NCBI RefSeq assembly: GCF_001194135.2
Contig: NC_068987.1
Span: forward strand, 99,839,971 to 99,903,633
Source: Octopus bimaculoides
Lineage: Eukaryota
Direction: 5' to 3'
Length of the DNA stretch: 63,663 nucleotides
The position numbers and the translations under genes are program-made. Positions 26,458 through 40,392 of the stretch are shown piece after piece. The number at the start of each line of letters is the position of its first letter. Position 1 is the first letter of the stretch. The notes beneath the pieces were generated by a model, which was not told the origin of the DNA, ran no database searches, and saw only the letters and a program-made list of their open reading frames with translations.

Positions 26458-28033
26458 CTGACCGTGGCGATTGTAAAAATTACCGTGGAATATTTCTTCT
26501 CAGCACTGTTGGAAAGACCTTTGCTCGTGTTATCCTGTCCAGGCTACAACTGCTTGTTTCTCGAATTTATACTGAATCGCAGTGTGGCTTTAGAAGAAGC
26601 AGATCAGCTATTGACATGATATTCTCCATACGCCAACTTCAGAAGAAGTCCAGAGAGCAGAAAATGCCATTATATATGGCTTTCATTGATCTGAAAAAGG
26701 CCTTTGACTTGGTAAGGCCTCTTCATCCTGCTTCAAAAAATTGGATGCCCACCAAAGCTGCTAAGGATCATCAAATCTTTCCATGATGTTATGAAAGGGT
26801 GCATACAGCACAATAGTTCAACATCAGCCGCCTTCCAAATAAAAACAAAACAGGGTAAAGCAAGGCTGTGTCCTTGCTCCTACATTATTTGGCATCTTCT
26901 CGCTGCTGATGTCATACGAATTTGAGATATCCGATGATGGAGTGTTTCGGCACAGTAGACGTGACGGGAAACTGTTCAATCTCTCGGGTCTGCGTACCAA
27001 GACTGAAATGAGAAACGTCCTGATCAAGGAAATGCTCATTGCTAGATGTGCCGCTCTTCTATCACACACAGAAGAAGCCCTGCAAAGGCTCAGCAACTGC
27101 TTTGAGCAAGCATGTAGCGACTTTGGCTTAGTTATCAGCCTCAAGAAGACTAACAGCATCGGTCAGGCTACATCGGATATCCCAAATATACATATTGGAG
27201 ACGACAGACTACAGGAGGTAGAGAAGTTTACCTATCTTGACTTTATCGTCACCTATAACCTATCCCTTGATGCCGAGCTCAATATACCCATGGGTAAGGC
27301 AGCACCAAACGACCATGGGACAACAATAAGTTGACCAAGACCACAATAATGAAAATTTACCAGGCATGTGTACTTAGCACTCTACTGTACGGCAGTGAGA
27401 CCTGGACGCCATACACACGCCAAGAGCTTCGCATAAATATAATTCACCTGCGATGCCATCGGAAAATCCTTAGCATTAAATGGCAGAATCATATCCCCAA
27501 CAGATATGTCCTCAAGCAAGCAGGAATACTAAGCATGTTTGCACTCCTCACACAAAGACGCATGAAATGGCTTGGACATGTTAGTTGTATGGAAGATGGC
27601 AGAATCCCCAATGACATACACTATGGAGAACTTGCTAGGGGGCACTAGGTATGTTAGAAGACCGTTCTTACGATACAAGGCTGTTTGCAAAAGGGACATG
27701 AAAGCTTGCGACATCAATATTAGCAACTGGGAAGCGGTTGCCAGCAACCGTGGATATTGACGACGCACCATAGACGAGGGAACACAAACGAGTGACAGAG
27801 GGAGAGAGGAGAAATGGAAAGACAAGAAAAGATGTCAACATGAACCTATGGAATTTCAACCAGCCAAGCAAAGACTTCGCTAGATTTGCGGCACCTGCCA
27901 CAGGGAGTGCCTGCCCAAGATAGGACTACATAGCCACAGATGATGTATTAGGACATGAAATGTAAAAACCGGACTATATTAGTTTATGCGCATCTCCATT
28001 GTCTCCCGAGACAAAAAGGATGACAACAACAAC
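26458..28033 (+). mobile_element. RTE-clade LINE, RT domain to 3' end (decayed)
   Basis: DRGDCKNYRGIFLLSTVGKTFARV, ESQCGFRRSRS, AFIDLKKAFD, GVKQGCVLAPTLF, mutated catalytic motif LIARC (normally FADD), VLSTLLYGSETW, WLGHV, C-terminal CxxC...HSH knuckle. It ends in a short (CAA)n tail and carries several frameshifts. Confidence 0.92.
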
Positions 28034-28656
28034 AAATATAAGCATAAAAACAAATATACACACGCGCGTGAATACGTAAACATACAGATAGAGACAGGGA
28101 AAGAGATGGAGACACTGAAAGAGAATGGGAAAGCCAGATACAGGCAATGGCAAATAGGCAAAGAGTGAGAGAGAGAAAGTGTGGGTTTATTTGGCAGAAC
28201 AGGATAGGAAATCACCAAAATATATTTATCTAAATAGAAAGTAGATAAAATCATTTCGTGTGAACTTTTCTTTTACAATCCATAAATAAATAACCAATAA
28301 TAAGAATACTAGCATGCTATGCCAACACTCTTATATATGTAAAATAATCCCATGCCTTCTGTAGTAACTTATAAAATTAAATTTTTATTTTGATGCATCA
28401 TATGAGGAAGTTTTACAGTGTCAACATTTCGAGAATTATAAAATGTAATTGATGTATTCTTGGTATTTCGCTTGGAGACTAGTAAATAAATGCGTTCAAA
28501 CACAACGTTTCACTATTAAACAAATGTATGTTTTCATTCAAATGTTGAAAACTAGTCACATAATGAGAGCAATAATATGATAATTCTATAGAATTTTATT
28601 TTAAAAATGCCTTTGAGTATGTTAATGTTTCGGAAATTACATTTAATATATTCCAA

Positions 28657-28866
28657 TGGAAGCTGAAATGTTAGCCCACTGGTCGAAATGCTTAGCAGTA
28701 CTTCGTTTGTCTTTACCTTCTGAGTTCAATTTCCGCCGAGGTCGACACTGTCTTTCATCTTTTCACGGTCGATAAATTAAGGACCAGTTGCGCACTGGTG
28801 TCGATCTAATCGACTGGCCCTCCTCCCCCAAAATTTCGGGCTTTTTGCCTAGAGCAGAAAAGAATG
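28657..28866 (+). mobile_element. tRNA-derived SINE (family B)
   Basis: CGAAATGCTTAGCAG..TTCTGAGTTCAATTTCCGCCGAGGTCGAC..GGTCGATAAATTAAG..AGCAGAAAAGAA. Confidence 0.85.
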
Positions 28867-29971
28867 TACGGTGGGTCTAGTCTATATTTAAATTGAAGCG
28901 GGGTGAGAATATCTAGAATGCAGCTGTTACGAAATATTCTGAGGCACACAGGAGAATCTGTATATATAGACATTCGGGCCAGATTTGACATTTCATGTGT
29001 CATTTTGAACCAGGAATACCATGGTGTACTCGGAATAGCTCGATGTACAATTAAGAGCGTTGAAGAGCATAAAAATTAGTGTTGCAGTTACATGACATGG
29101 AATAAATGAAGCTATCGTAATATTAGAAAAGTGTTCCCGATACAATGATGTTCGCGCCGGCTATCAAATTGCCGTTTTGAGATCGTGGTGGCAAATGATG
29201 GTGGATATTTGGGTAACCTCTTATCTCCCAGCGTTCATGGGAGATGATATATTTTGAATAAATTTAATAACTTTACCTTTGGATGAGATGCTACCTTTTC
29301 ATTTTCTGTTATTCAAACAGTCAAAATTAGTGCTAATACACTGTATACACCGTCACACACAACAGACAGCGTTTTCTATCAACAGATTAATTGTGTATAT
29401 ANNNNNNNNNNNNNNNNNNNNNNNNNNNNNNNNNNNNNNNNNNNNNNNNNNNNNNNNNNNNNNNNNNNNNNNNNNNNNNNNNNNNNNNNNNNNNNNNNNN
29501 NNNNNNNNNNNNNNNNNNNNNNNNNNNNNNNNNNNNNNNNNNNNNNNNNNNNNNNNNNNNNNNNNNNNNNNNNNNNNNNNNNNNNNNNNNNNNNNNNNNN
29601 NNNNNNNNNNNNNNNNNNNNNNNNNNNNNNNNNNNNNNNNNNNNNNNNNNNNNNNNNNNNNNNNNNNNNNNNNNNNNNNNNNNNNNNNNNNNNNNNNNNN
29701 NNNNNNNNNNNNNNNNNNNNNNNNNNNNNNNNNNNNNNNNNNNNNNNNNNNNNNNNNNNNNNNNNNNNNNNNNNNNNNNNNNNNNNNNNNNNNNNNNNNN
29801 NNNNNNNNNNNNNNNNNNNNNNNNNNNNNNNNNNNNNNNNNNNNNNNNNNNNNNNNNNNNNNNNNNNNNNNNNNNNNNNNNNNNNNNNNNNNNNNNNNNN
29901 NNNNNNNNNNNNNNNNNNNNNNNNNNNNNNNNNNNNNNNNNNNNNNNNNNNNNNNNNNNNNNNNNNNNNNN

Positions 29972-30843
29972 NGGGATCGTCGGACTCTTACGCGAATTGT
30001 TAGAAAGAATCACAAAGGTACAGCTCCCAAAAATCACTGCAGAGCTTAATGACCACCTCGAAAACCTAGTTTCCACAAAACATTTCTCCGGGAGCTGCAC
30101 AAAGCCGGATTTCAGGGGAGGGCTGCAACCAGGAAACCACTACTTTTTAAAACAAACGTTGCAAAGCGTTTAGAGTGGCGTCAAACCTACAGAATTAGTC
30201 CCTAGAGCAGTGGAAGAATGTAATTTTCTCAAACGAGTCATCCTTTACCTTATTTCCGACCACCGGCCGAGTATACGTGTGGAGACAGCCAAAAGAAGCA
30301 TTTGACCCACACTACCATCTTCCAACTGTTAAACAGGGAGGAGGATCTGTGATGATCGGCGGGGGGATGCTATATCTTGGAAATCCGCCGGGCCAATGGT
30401 TTCCCTTGATGGTAGAATTAATAGTCAAGGTTATTAAGCATTTTATCTTGTCAAATTCATCCTATGGTTGCGGAACTGTTTCCGGTGGGAAACGCAATCT
30501 TTCAGAATGATAATTAATCGATTCACACAAGTAAGGTTGTTACTGAATGGCACGAATAACATTCTAGTGACGTTGAATATCTTATCTGGCCACCACAGTC
30601 CCCTAGGTCTCAGTGTTATTGAACATTTATGGTGAATTTTAGGATAAACAAGTAAGGGGTCGATATCCACCACTATCATTGCTACAAAAACTGGAAACTG
30701 TTTTAGCTGAAGAATGGACAAAAGTTCGTTTGGAAACAATTCGTAGAATTCCAGCTGTACTTATTGCCAAAGGCGGTTCTACCCCATATTAAAATAAATT
30801 TGTTTGAAATTTTAAGGTTTTCCATTATTTTGTCCAACCCTTC
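29972..30843 (+). mobile_element. Decayed Tc1-like transposon (D36E spacing), 5' part lost in a gap
   Basis: DRRTLTRIVRKNHK..TAELN..RKPLL..KRLEW..WKNVIFSNES..VWRQPKEAFDP..PTVKQGGGSVMI..FQNDN..IHTSKVVTEW..IWPPQS..IEHLW..RIPAVLIAKGGSTPY*. The 3' terminus is TCCATTATTTTGTCCAACCC followed by TA. Confidence 0.9.
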
Positions 30844-31109
30844 TATATATACATGTGTGTATGTGTGTGTATGTCTGTGTAGTCTAGGGATTGTTTGACT
30901 TTGGGTACTTTCTGTGCCTGTGAAATTTACCCTGGGTGGACCCATAACCTCACTTGCTGCACATAAATGCGTTACTGGAATGGTTACAACGTCTAGAATT
31001 TCTATGAAAGTAGGAGTGTTTCCGGTTGCCGTTTCTAATCAAATGTTATTGAATCTCACAATGTAGAGAGCCGATGCAGCAAATATTCTGCTTCTGTCCC
31101 ACGCACATA

Positions 31110-31228
31110 GCAGCCTAAAATGAAATGTTTTGCTCATAAATCACAAGACGAATCCCTGTCCGGAAATAAATCCCACATGCATGCGATTGTGAGTGAAAAA
31201 CTCTAACCACTAAAATACGCGCCTTCAC
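31110..31228 (-). mobile_element. SINE head (family C)
   Basis: Reverse complement GGCGCG..TTAGTGGTTAGAG..CACTCACAATCG..TTCCGGAC..TGAGCAAAACATTTCATT, homologous to 4195-4290. Confidence 0.65.
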
Positions 31229-31258
31229 ACACAAACAACTGCCACACAAACACACAAA

Positions 31259-31346
<88 letters not shown>

Positions 31347-31855
31347 AATATATAAACAAATTAGGCAGTAGTGTAGGTAGATTTGATTTAACCGAACGTC
31401 TCTGCGTGTTAGTGTGTACATGTGGTAATTGTGTAATTTTCATCTAACAGTCTATTAAACTAACTTGTTACTTAGTCTCTATAGCCTCGAATGGATTGTT
31501 AGGTCTGACTTTGAAACTTGTACACACCAGACCACTTTTTCTGTCTACATATTAATTGTATTGAACGACAAGGTGTATATGACTGTCTAGACAAAGAATG
31601 TAAAGAAATGTATATCGATGACGTCTATAAAACAGATGAGTATGAATATACCTTTATATATATANNNNNNNNNNNNNNNNNNNNNNNNNNNNNNNNNNNN
31701 NNNNNNNNNNNNNNNNNNNNNNNNNNNNNNNNNNNNNNNNNNNNNNNNNNNNNNNNNNNNNNNNNNNNNNNNNNNNNNNNNNNNNNNNNNNNNNNNNNNN
31801 NNNNNNNNNNNNNNNNNNNNNNNNNNNNNNNNNNNNNNNNNNNNNNNNNNNNNNN

Positions 31856-31887
<32 letters not shown>

Positions 31888-32033
31888 ATTTAGTTAAATA
31901 TATTCAATGAGAATATTATATACTGAATATATATTGAGTGCTCTGTTGTATCAAATTATTAATGTATTTAACACGAGCGATTGTATATATATTTCATAAC
32001 ATATTACTATTAATATCGTGAAATCAAAATTGT

Positions 32034-32388
32034 GGCTGCGTGGTAAGTAGCTTGCTTACCAACCACATAGTTCCGGGTTCAGTCCCACTTCGTGGAATCT
32101 TGGGAAAGTGTCTTCTACTATAGCCTCGGGCCGACCAAAGCCTTGTGAGTGGATTAGGTAGACGGAAACAGAAAGAAGCCCGTCGTATATATGTATATAT
32201 ATATATATATGTATATGTGTGGGTTATGTTTGTGTGTTTGTGTTTGTCCCCCCAACATCGTTTGACAACCGATGTTGGTGCGTTTACGTCCCTGCAACTT
32301 AGCGGTTCGGCAAAAGAGACCGATAGAATAAGTACTAGGCTTACTAAAGAATAAGTCCTGGGGTCGATTTGCTCGACTAAAGGCGGTG
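32034..32388 (+). mobile_element. Near-complete tRNA-derived SINE (family A)
   Basis: A-box-like GTGGTAAGTAGC and B-box GGTTCAGTCCC, an internal (TA)/(TG) tract, and a 3' part GCGGTTCGGCAAAAGAGACCGATAGAATAAGTAC..GGGGTCGATTTG. Homologous to 63493-63663. Confidence 0.9.
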
Positions 32389-32423
32389 CCTATGTACTGT
32401 TAGTTTTTCCCTCATTAACTGTG

Positions 32424-32642
32424 TATTAATGTCTCACGTTTTGAGGGACTAAATAAGTAAAAAAAACTACCAAAAATAAGCAACATATTTACCGAATTGA
32501 TTGAGAAACCAGTGGTCTACCGTGCAGTTAAATGTTTTTAAGAGATAAATTTTGAAAGCTGCATTCCCTCGCTTTCAGTAAATATGAAGCTTATTTTTGG
32601 TAGTTTTTGACTTATTTAGTTCCTCGAAACGTGAGGCATTAA

Positions 32643-32644
<2 letters not shown>
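32424..32644. mobile_element. MITE with about 70-bp TIRs, TTAA at both ends
   Basis: TATTAATGTCTCACGTTTTGAGGGACTAAATAAGT..CTACCAAAAATAAGC at the left and GCTTATTTTTGGTAG..ACTTATTTAGTTCCTCGAAACGTGAGGCATTAATA at the right. Confidence 0.8.
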
Positions 32645-32721
<77 letters not shown>

Positions 32722-32760
32722 ATATCTATCTATTTATCTAGCTAGCTAGCTAGCTATCAA
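32643..32760. repeat. (TATC)n/(TAGC)n tetranucleotide array
   Basis: Directly visible. Confidence 0.95.
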
Positions 32761-32779
32761 TCTAGCTATGTATACTTAT

Positions 32780-33123
32780 GAGGCAAGCAGTGACGTTATT
32801 CGTTGTTCCTAATACAAGATGGGAAAAGGCAAAATATTATTCCAAGCCATCAAGGGCAAGAGGAAAGACCGCGCTAGAAAGATTTTGAACAAACTCAAGC
32901 ATCCCCTTCAGCTGAACATGTTTAAATAACGAGACCGTCCAGAAAGTTACGGAGATTCCGAAGATATCTGGAGGCCGTTGTGGAAGCCAACGCCGAATTT
33001 ATTGAATAAATTCACTCTTTAGATATTTTTATCTAATGTCTGTAAATATATCTGTTAAAACAAGAAGCCAGTGCTATTTTCATTTTTGCGTAATTTAGAC
33101 TACAATTTATCCACTGCACCCTG
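32780..33123 (+). mobile_element. Internally deleted maT-like transposon copy with intact 3' terminus
   Basis: A YKMGKG..KRKDRARKILNKLKHPLQLNM segment is joined directly to the NETVQK..LEAVVEANA..IE* segment. It ends GTAATTTAGACTACAATTTATCCACTGCACCCTG followed by TA. Confidence 0.8.
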
Positions 33124-33664
33124 TATATATAAATATTTGAAGAAATGAGTAGAGATGGCTTTGGCGGGGATAATTTTTATTTTAATGGTAATGTTTCCAT
33201 GGAAACATTATCATTAAAAGAAAATGTATCCACCCAAAAGCCATATCTACTCGGCTTTCCAAATATATTATACTGTACCAAGAAAGATTTTGTTTATTAT
33301 TCTACTATATATATANNNNNNNNNNNNNNNNNNNNNNNNNNNNNNNNNNNNNNNNNNNNNNNNNNNNNNNNNNNNNNNNNNNNNNNNNNNNNNNNNNNNN
33401 NNNNNNNNNNNNNNNNNNNNNNNNNNNNNNNNNNNNNNNNNNNNNNNNNNNNNNNNNNNNNNNNNNNNNNNNNNNNNNNNNNNNNNNNNNNNNNNNNNNN
33501 NNNNNNNNNNNNNNNNNNNNNNNNNNNNNNNNNNNNNNNNNNNNNNNNNNNNNNNNNNNNNNNNNNNNNNNNNNNNNNNNNNNNNNNNNNNNNNNNNNNN
33601 NNNNNNNNNNNNNNNNNNNNNNNNNNNNNNNNNNNNNNNNNNNNNNNNNNNNNNNNNNNNNNNN

Positions 33665-33701
<37 letters not shown>

Positions 33702-34365
33702 CGCACACACACACATATTTCTGTAGGACTCTAACATATACTTGCATTTGTAGCTATCCACCTATTCACACACACGCGCACACACGCACACACATACATA
33801 CACAACTGCGTGTGTGAGTGAGCACGTGCGTGTATGTGTATGTATTATAAACATACTCACAGATGTACCGTTGCCGTTTTCTTACCAAACCGAATTTTCG
33901 CTGGATCTCACCTTGGAAGCTGTATGTCAGAAAATTACGTTAGTTTGTGTTATTATTCACAGGAGTTGAAGAAATAGCCAGAAGGATTTTGGTATGAAAG
34001 ACATAATAGGAAACACAAAGTAGAAATATGAAGAGAAGGCGTGTAAAATAGAGAGTGAAAACGACGTGAGAATGTTTGACATGCAGTCATCAGAAAGGAG
34101 GATCGTTAAGAGAAAACTATAGATGGAGCAGACTTGGTGAAATCAAATGCTGAAAGCGAGAAATATTTTGATGGAAACAAATTGCTGAGTCGTAGAGAAA
34201 TGGGTGAATTCTGAGGACCGGGTTAGCTAGCAGGTTCAATAATGAGACACTTCTCAAAGATAAATAAAATATTTACGGTAATTTCCAAACACGCAGTTAC
34301 CGTCATCTATTGCGTTATAAAAGACATATGTTAACATATTGTTCAATATTGTCAATGAATTTAAG

Positions 34366-34585
34366 TTGGTGAGCTGGCAGAAACTATAGCACGCCGGGCG
34401 AAATGCTTAGCGGAAATTTTTCTGCCGTTTTGTTCTGAGTTCAAATTCTGCCGAGGTCGACTTTGCTTTTCATCTTTTCATGGTCGATAAAATAAGTACT
34501 AGTTGAGTACTGGAATCGATCTAATCGACTGTCCCATTAACCCCACCATAGTTTCGGGCCTAGTGGCTAGAGTAGAAAAGAATAT
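34366..34585 (+). mobile_element. tRNA-derived SINE (family B), full length
   Basis: GGTGAGCTGGCAGAA..GCACGCCGGGCGAAATGCTTAGCGG..GAGTTCAAATTCTGCCGAGGTCGACTTTGC..GAGTAGAAAAGAATA. Confidence 0.9.
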
Positions 34586-36792
34586 TTGTCAATGAATTTA
34601 AAAACCTTCTTCACTTTTAGTTTGAGATGCACAATGCGGGGAGTAGAGTGAGAGACAATAACTCCAAGTTATAAGACTATATGTCTTTCTAATTTCGTGA
34701 CAGGTGACTAGCTGAGAAAATTTTAATTAGAAGTAGAAAAGAAATGAATATTTTTCAATGAATTTAATTATGCATTTCAATATTGACTTTAGACGTATTC
34801 TTCATGAAACAAATGTGATATGAAGTTAAACGTTTAGCAGACGATAACGTATTCATGTTTGCCAATAAATGATAAACAGGAATACTGTGGTTGTTTCAGG
34901 AAAAATTCGGTTGAAACACTGTTTAACAACTATCTGTATTCAGGTATGCATGTGTGTGTATGTGTGCGTGTGTGCGTCTGGGAGATAGAAAAGGAGTAAT
35001 ATGAAGCACAAAGAGAGAATGTGGGGTAAAGACAAAGTAACAATGAGATGCAGATAAGAAATTAAATAGGAATAATGTAGATAGATGGATAGATGGGTAA
35101 ATAGACAGACATATAGGTAGATATAGTGACTGTGTGTTTGTGTGTGAGCGTGTGCATATGGGGAAGTCAACTTATGTCTGAATATGACCACTTCCTTCCC
35201 TCAGTAAGTCCATGTTAATGATTCGAGAGACTCAAATCCTGTACATGAAATTGTTTTTAGTGCATAAAGCGTCACACAGCACTGAAGCACTTTTTCAATG
35301 CAATCAGCTGAAAGACAAGCGATTGAGACAACCAGAAATGGGCTGCAGTTCAGCTGCTGTTATTTTTATGTGAGTTTACTTTCTCCTAGAAAGAAATTCT
35401 AACGAGTACTAAGAGTCCTTCACTACTATTGGTTCCCATGCTAGTTAACTCACAGCTGGGACTCTAACGGGTTCTACAACTCCGGGTCAAAATAGACTTG
35501 AGAACAATAGTATCTGAGAAGTGGTTCTTCAAAGCTATGGAACTTCCGTAATGGAATCGATACACTGAGAGAAGATTTCGCATGACAAACAGTTAAAACA
35601 TCTAGCAATGCAGCTACGAAGTACTTTGAATAGAATAATAAGTATTGTCAGAATGTTTCGCTATCTTATCACCTCAATCTGTAGCGACTCATCCTAAATA
35701 GAACTCAATAAAAACAGAGAATACAGAAAATGGGAAAAATACTTCATACATAATTTAATACATAACACTCATTAATGTATTCTTACTTTCTTTATTATTA
35801 TTATATTGCTTAAGATAAGTTAAAAGGAAAACAAAACTAGTAATAGATTTATAATTTTGTATAAAGGAAACTAATACAATGAATGTGCGATTGAATTCTA
35901 TTTTTGATTAATTTACATAAGACATTATTTTCACTTTGTGACCAGACACAGTTATAACATGGCTCTATAATGTTATTCTTATCTGAAATACAAGAGGAAA
36001 CAAATAACATAAATGCAATATAAAATATAAAGCGCTCATGTCTATATATTTAAAACCTGAAACTTAAATATATTTATATGAAATTATAGCAAATATAGAA
36101 ACATCAATAGTTTAAATACAAAACAAATGAACTGAATGAAACAATGTTTCAATGGATGCCAGAAACTTAAGATTCGAATTATCTATATATATATTCTATA
36201 GTTGCTTGTGTCTTTATTTATCTATTTATTGAGCTGCAAATAGTAGGTTGGAATTAATCGATAATAATTTTGAATTCTGCTCGAATATCATTCGCCCGTT
36301 TACGTCATTTCTTCCTTACCATGTATATGGTGAATATATCTTCATATTCAAGTGGCTCAACCTGGCTGGCAGTAAATAATACTCGCAATATTTGTGTACC
36401 TTAAGCAATATCAATTTCATGTAATAAGTTGAAGAGTCCAGTTGAATATATTTTATAGGTCATGAACTTATTAAGCTGCTGGCATGACTCCATTGTGTTT
36501 ATTCTGCTACTACATCGACAAAACGCCATAACATATAAAAGAATTCAATCCATTTAATATTCATAATGTATTATGGTATGCATTGCATGCTATTGGAGTT
36601 GAGGGTCTTTCATTTTATTTTCTTCATTTCCTTGCCCACGCTGTCTTTACACATGCTGGTTTAGATAATAAATGGATATGCATTATAAACTTAAACGTGT
36701 AATAACATACTTTAGACTAGGAATAGCCCAAACTGCCGAAAATAAATTGCACAATATAATTCAAATCAACTCCAGAGATTTATTAGGGTCAG

Positions 36793-36869
36793 TAATAATA
36801 ATAATAATAATGATGATGATGATGATGATGATGATAATAATAATGATGATGATGATGATGATGATGATG

Positions 36870-36941
<72 letters not shown>
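36793..36941. repeat. (TAA/TGA)n microsatellite abutting an R4/Dong insertion
   Basis: Directly visible. Confidence 0.95.
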
Positions 36942-36942
<1 letters not shown>

Positions 36943-37726
36943 GCCTCCCCACCAGAAATTACCAAAAACACATAATGAAAAGAAATATAACAAGTAACTG
37001 TAGAATATGTGGAGATCGACAAGAAACAATAAATNNNNNNNNNNNNNNNNNNNNNNNNNNNNNNNNNNNNNNNNNNNNNNNNNNNNNNNNNNNNNNNNNN
37101 NNNNNNNNNNNNNNNNNNNNNNNNNNNNNNNNNNNNNNNNNNNNNNNNNNNNNNNNNNNNNNNNNNNNNNNNNNNNNNNNNNNNNNNNNNNNNNNNNNNN
37201 NNNNNNNNNNNNNNNNNNNNNNNNNNNNNNNNNNNNNNNNNNNNNNNNNNNNNNNNNNNNNNNNNNNNNNNNNNNNNNNNNNNNNNNNNNNNNNNNNNNN
37301 NNNNNNNNNNNNNNNNNNNNNNNNNNNNNNNNNNNNNNNNNNNNNNNNNNNNNNNNNNNNNNNNNNNNNNNNNNNNNNNNNNNNNNNNNNNNNNNNNNNN
37401 NNNNNNNNNNNNNNNNNNNNNNNNNNNNNNNNAATAGAGATAACTCGAATGTGGAATCTAAAAACAGAAACAATTCCTATCATAGTAGGTGCCTTAGGTA
37501 TAATAAAAAAAATATTCAGACAAATACATAACAAAAATACCAGGACTTACAAATATATATAACATACAGAAAATTGCACTACTGTGTACTGCACACATTC
37601 TACGCAAAACACTTTCAATATAGTAAACATAAGAGCACCACAGCAAACCACAGCACATACCCAAGGCGCACAGAGCTGCGCTCGGTAGTGAAGTGAAAGC
37701 ACGTTATAAAAATAAAACTACTGAAC
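36943..37726 (+). mobile_element. 5'-truncated R4/Dong-type (restriction-like endonuclease) non-LTR retrotransposon
   Basis: LPTRNYQKHIMK..CRICGDRQETIN [gap 37034-37432] IEITRMWNLKTETIPIIVGALGIIKK..IQKIALLCTAHILRKTLSI*. This is the zinc knuckle plus RLE C-terminus and a 3' UTR, with (TAA)n on both sides. Confidence 0.88.
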
Positions 37727-37760
<34 letters not shown>

Positions 37761-38059
37761 TCGGCAGCAACAAAAACAACAACAACATTAATAATAATTA
37801 GAGGTCGGATGGAATGTCTCTAAATATTGGTCGGTACTATAGCGATGTATAAAGCAAATTAAAGTCAGCGTGTGAAATATTTGAAAGGAATACAGTAGAT
37901 AAAATTGTAAAAGGGATTGACACCGGAAATCAGATTGAGCCACCCTGCCTGGGTTTCGTTGAGAAGCAGGATGTGTCCATGATGAACTGTGACTTCTATC
38001 GTTTAAAAATTGGAGAAAAGGTGGGACAAAAATTAATACATTACCCGGGGAGTGCTAAT

Positions 38060-38400
38060 AGATTGAATTCAATCAGAGTTGAATATATATGGCCAATAAA
38101 AAGGAGTTAGTAAAGGACGTCCAAGAATGTCAGCAACGAGAGATATTGAAAACAAAAGAGCAAAGATTATGTGATCCGGCTAGAATAATACGAAATAAAT
38201 ATTGGTAAACAGGTTTATAACTGGAAATAATTCGGAGAAAATTATACAATGCAGAAGAACGTTGCATTGTTAATAGTGAAGAAGAGATGGACACCGATTC
38301 AGTTCTTCAAATGCCAGGAGTCAAATGCATCAAATAAATGGTGAAACAGACAAAGCTACATGCACAACAATTAGGGAATATAGTCAAATATTCTTGAACA
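38060..38400 (+). mobile_element. Old R4/Dong-type N-terminal ORF relic
   Basis: KEQRLCDPARIIRNKYW*TGL*LEIIRRKL parallels EQRLRAIRKSK*LTELELEDIKRR at about 39490-39560. Confidence 0.55.
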
Positions 38401-38754
38401 AGATATGAAGGAAAGAGAAAACTCACATCGCTGACGCAGACTGTCTACGCAACACGAAAGAGATCAATATAAATCCTCAGTAAGAACATATTAAGATAAA
38501 CAGGAAGGACGTTTAACGTGTAAGTTAAAGGATAAGCAATTGGAAAGTTGTAGTCCCGATGGAGCTCAAGAGTATAGGGTGAAAAAAAGTTCATGGGTAC
38601 ATGTAAGACCGTTACTTGAAATCCACACAAAAAACCGAGAGGCGTCAAGGAAATGCACTGTATAATGAAATAATATAAATAAAATTAAAAATTATAAATA
38701 CAAAATAAAAAAAGAACTAGTAGAAGAAGTATATACATATCAGGGAAATGTCCT

Positions 38755-38868
38755 TTTATCATACTGTTACCTGGAATACTGGCGAGCCCAGCGGAGCTTG
38801 AACTCAGAACGTGAAGACGGACGAAATGCCATTAAGAAATTCGCTCGGTGAGCTAACGATTCTTCCAT
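38755..38868 (-). mobile_element. Partial SINE (family B)
   Basis: TTGAACTCAGAACGTGAAGACGGACGAAATGCC is the reverse complement of the family-B head. Confidence 0.7.
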
Positions 38869-38999
38869 AATAATAATGATGATGATGATATGATGGTTTA
38901 TTTTATAAACCACAAATGGTTTACACTAAGTCAAATATTAAGGAGGGCACAGGACAAAACATTCTATGTGTACGTGTGTGCGTGCGTCTGTGTGGCAAA

Positions 39000-40392
<1,393 letters not shown>

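Noticed and set aside
26334-26786. 150-aa ORF with an unusual N-terminus before RT motifs
   Set aside because: The first 40 or so codons are the antisense of the inverted RTE segment, so the ORF is an artefact of the inversion junction.
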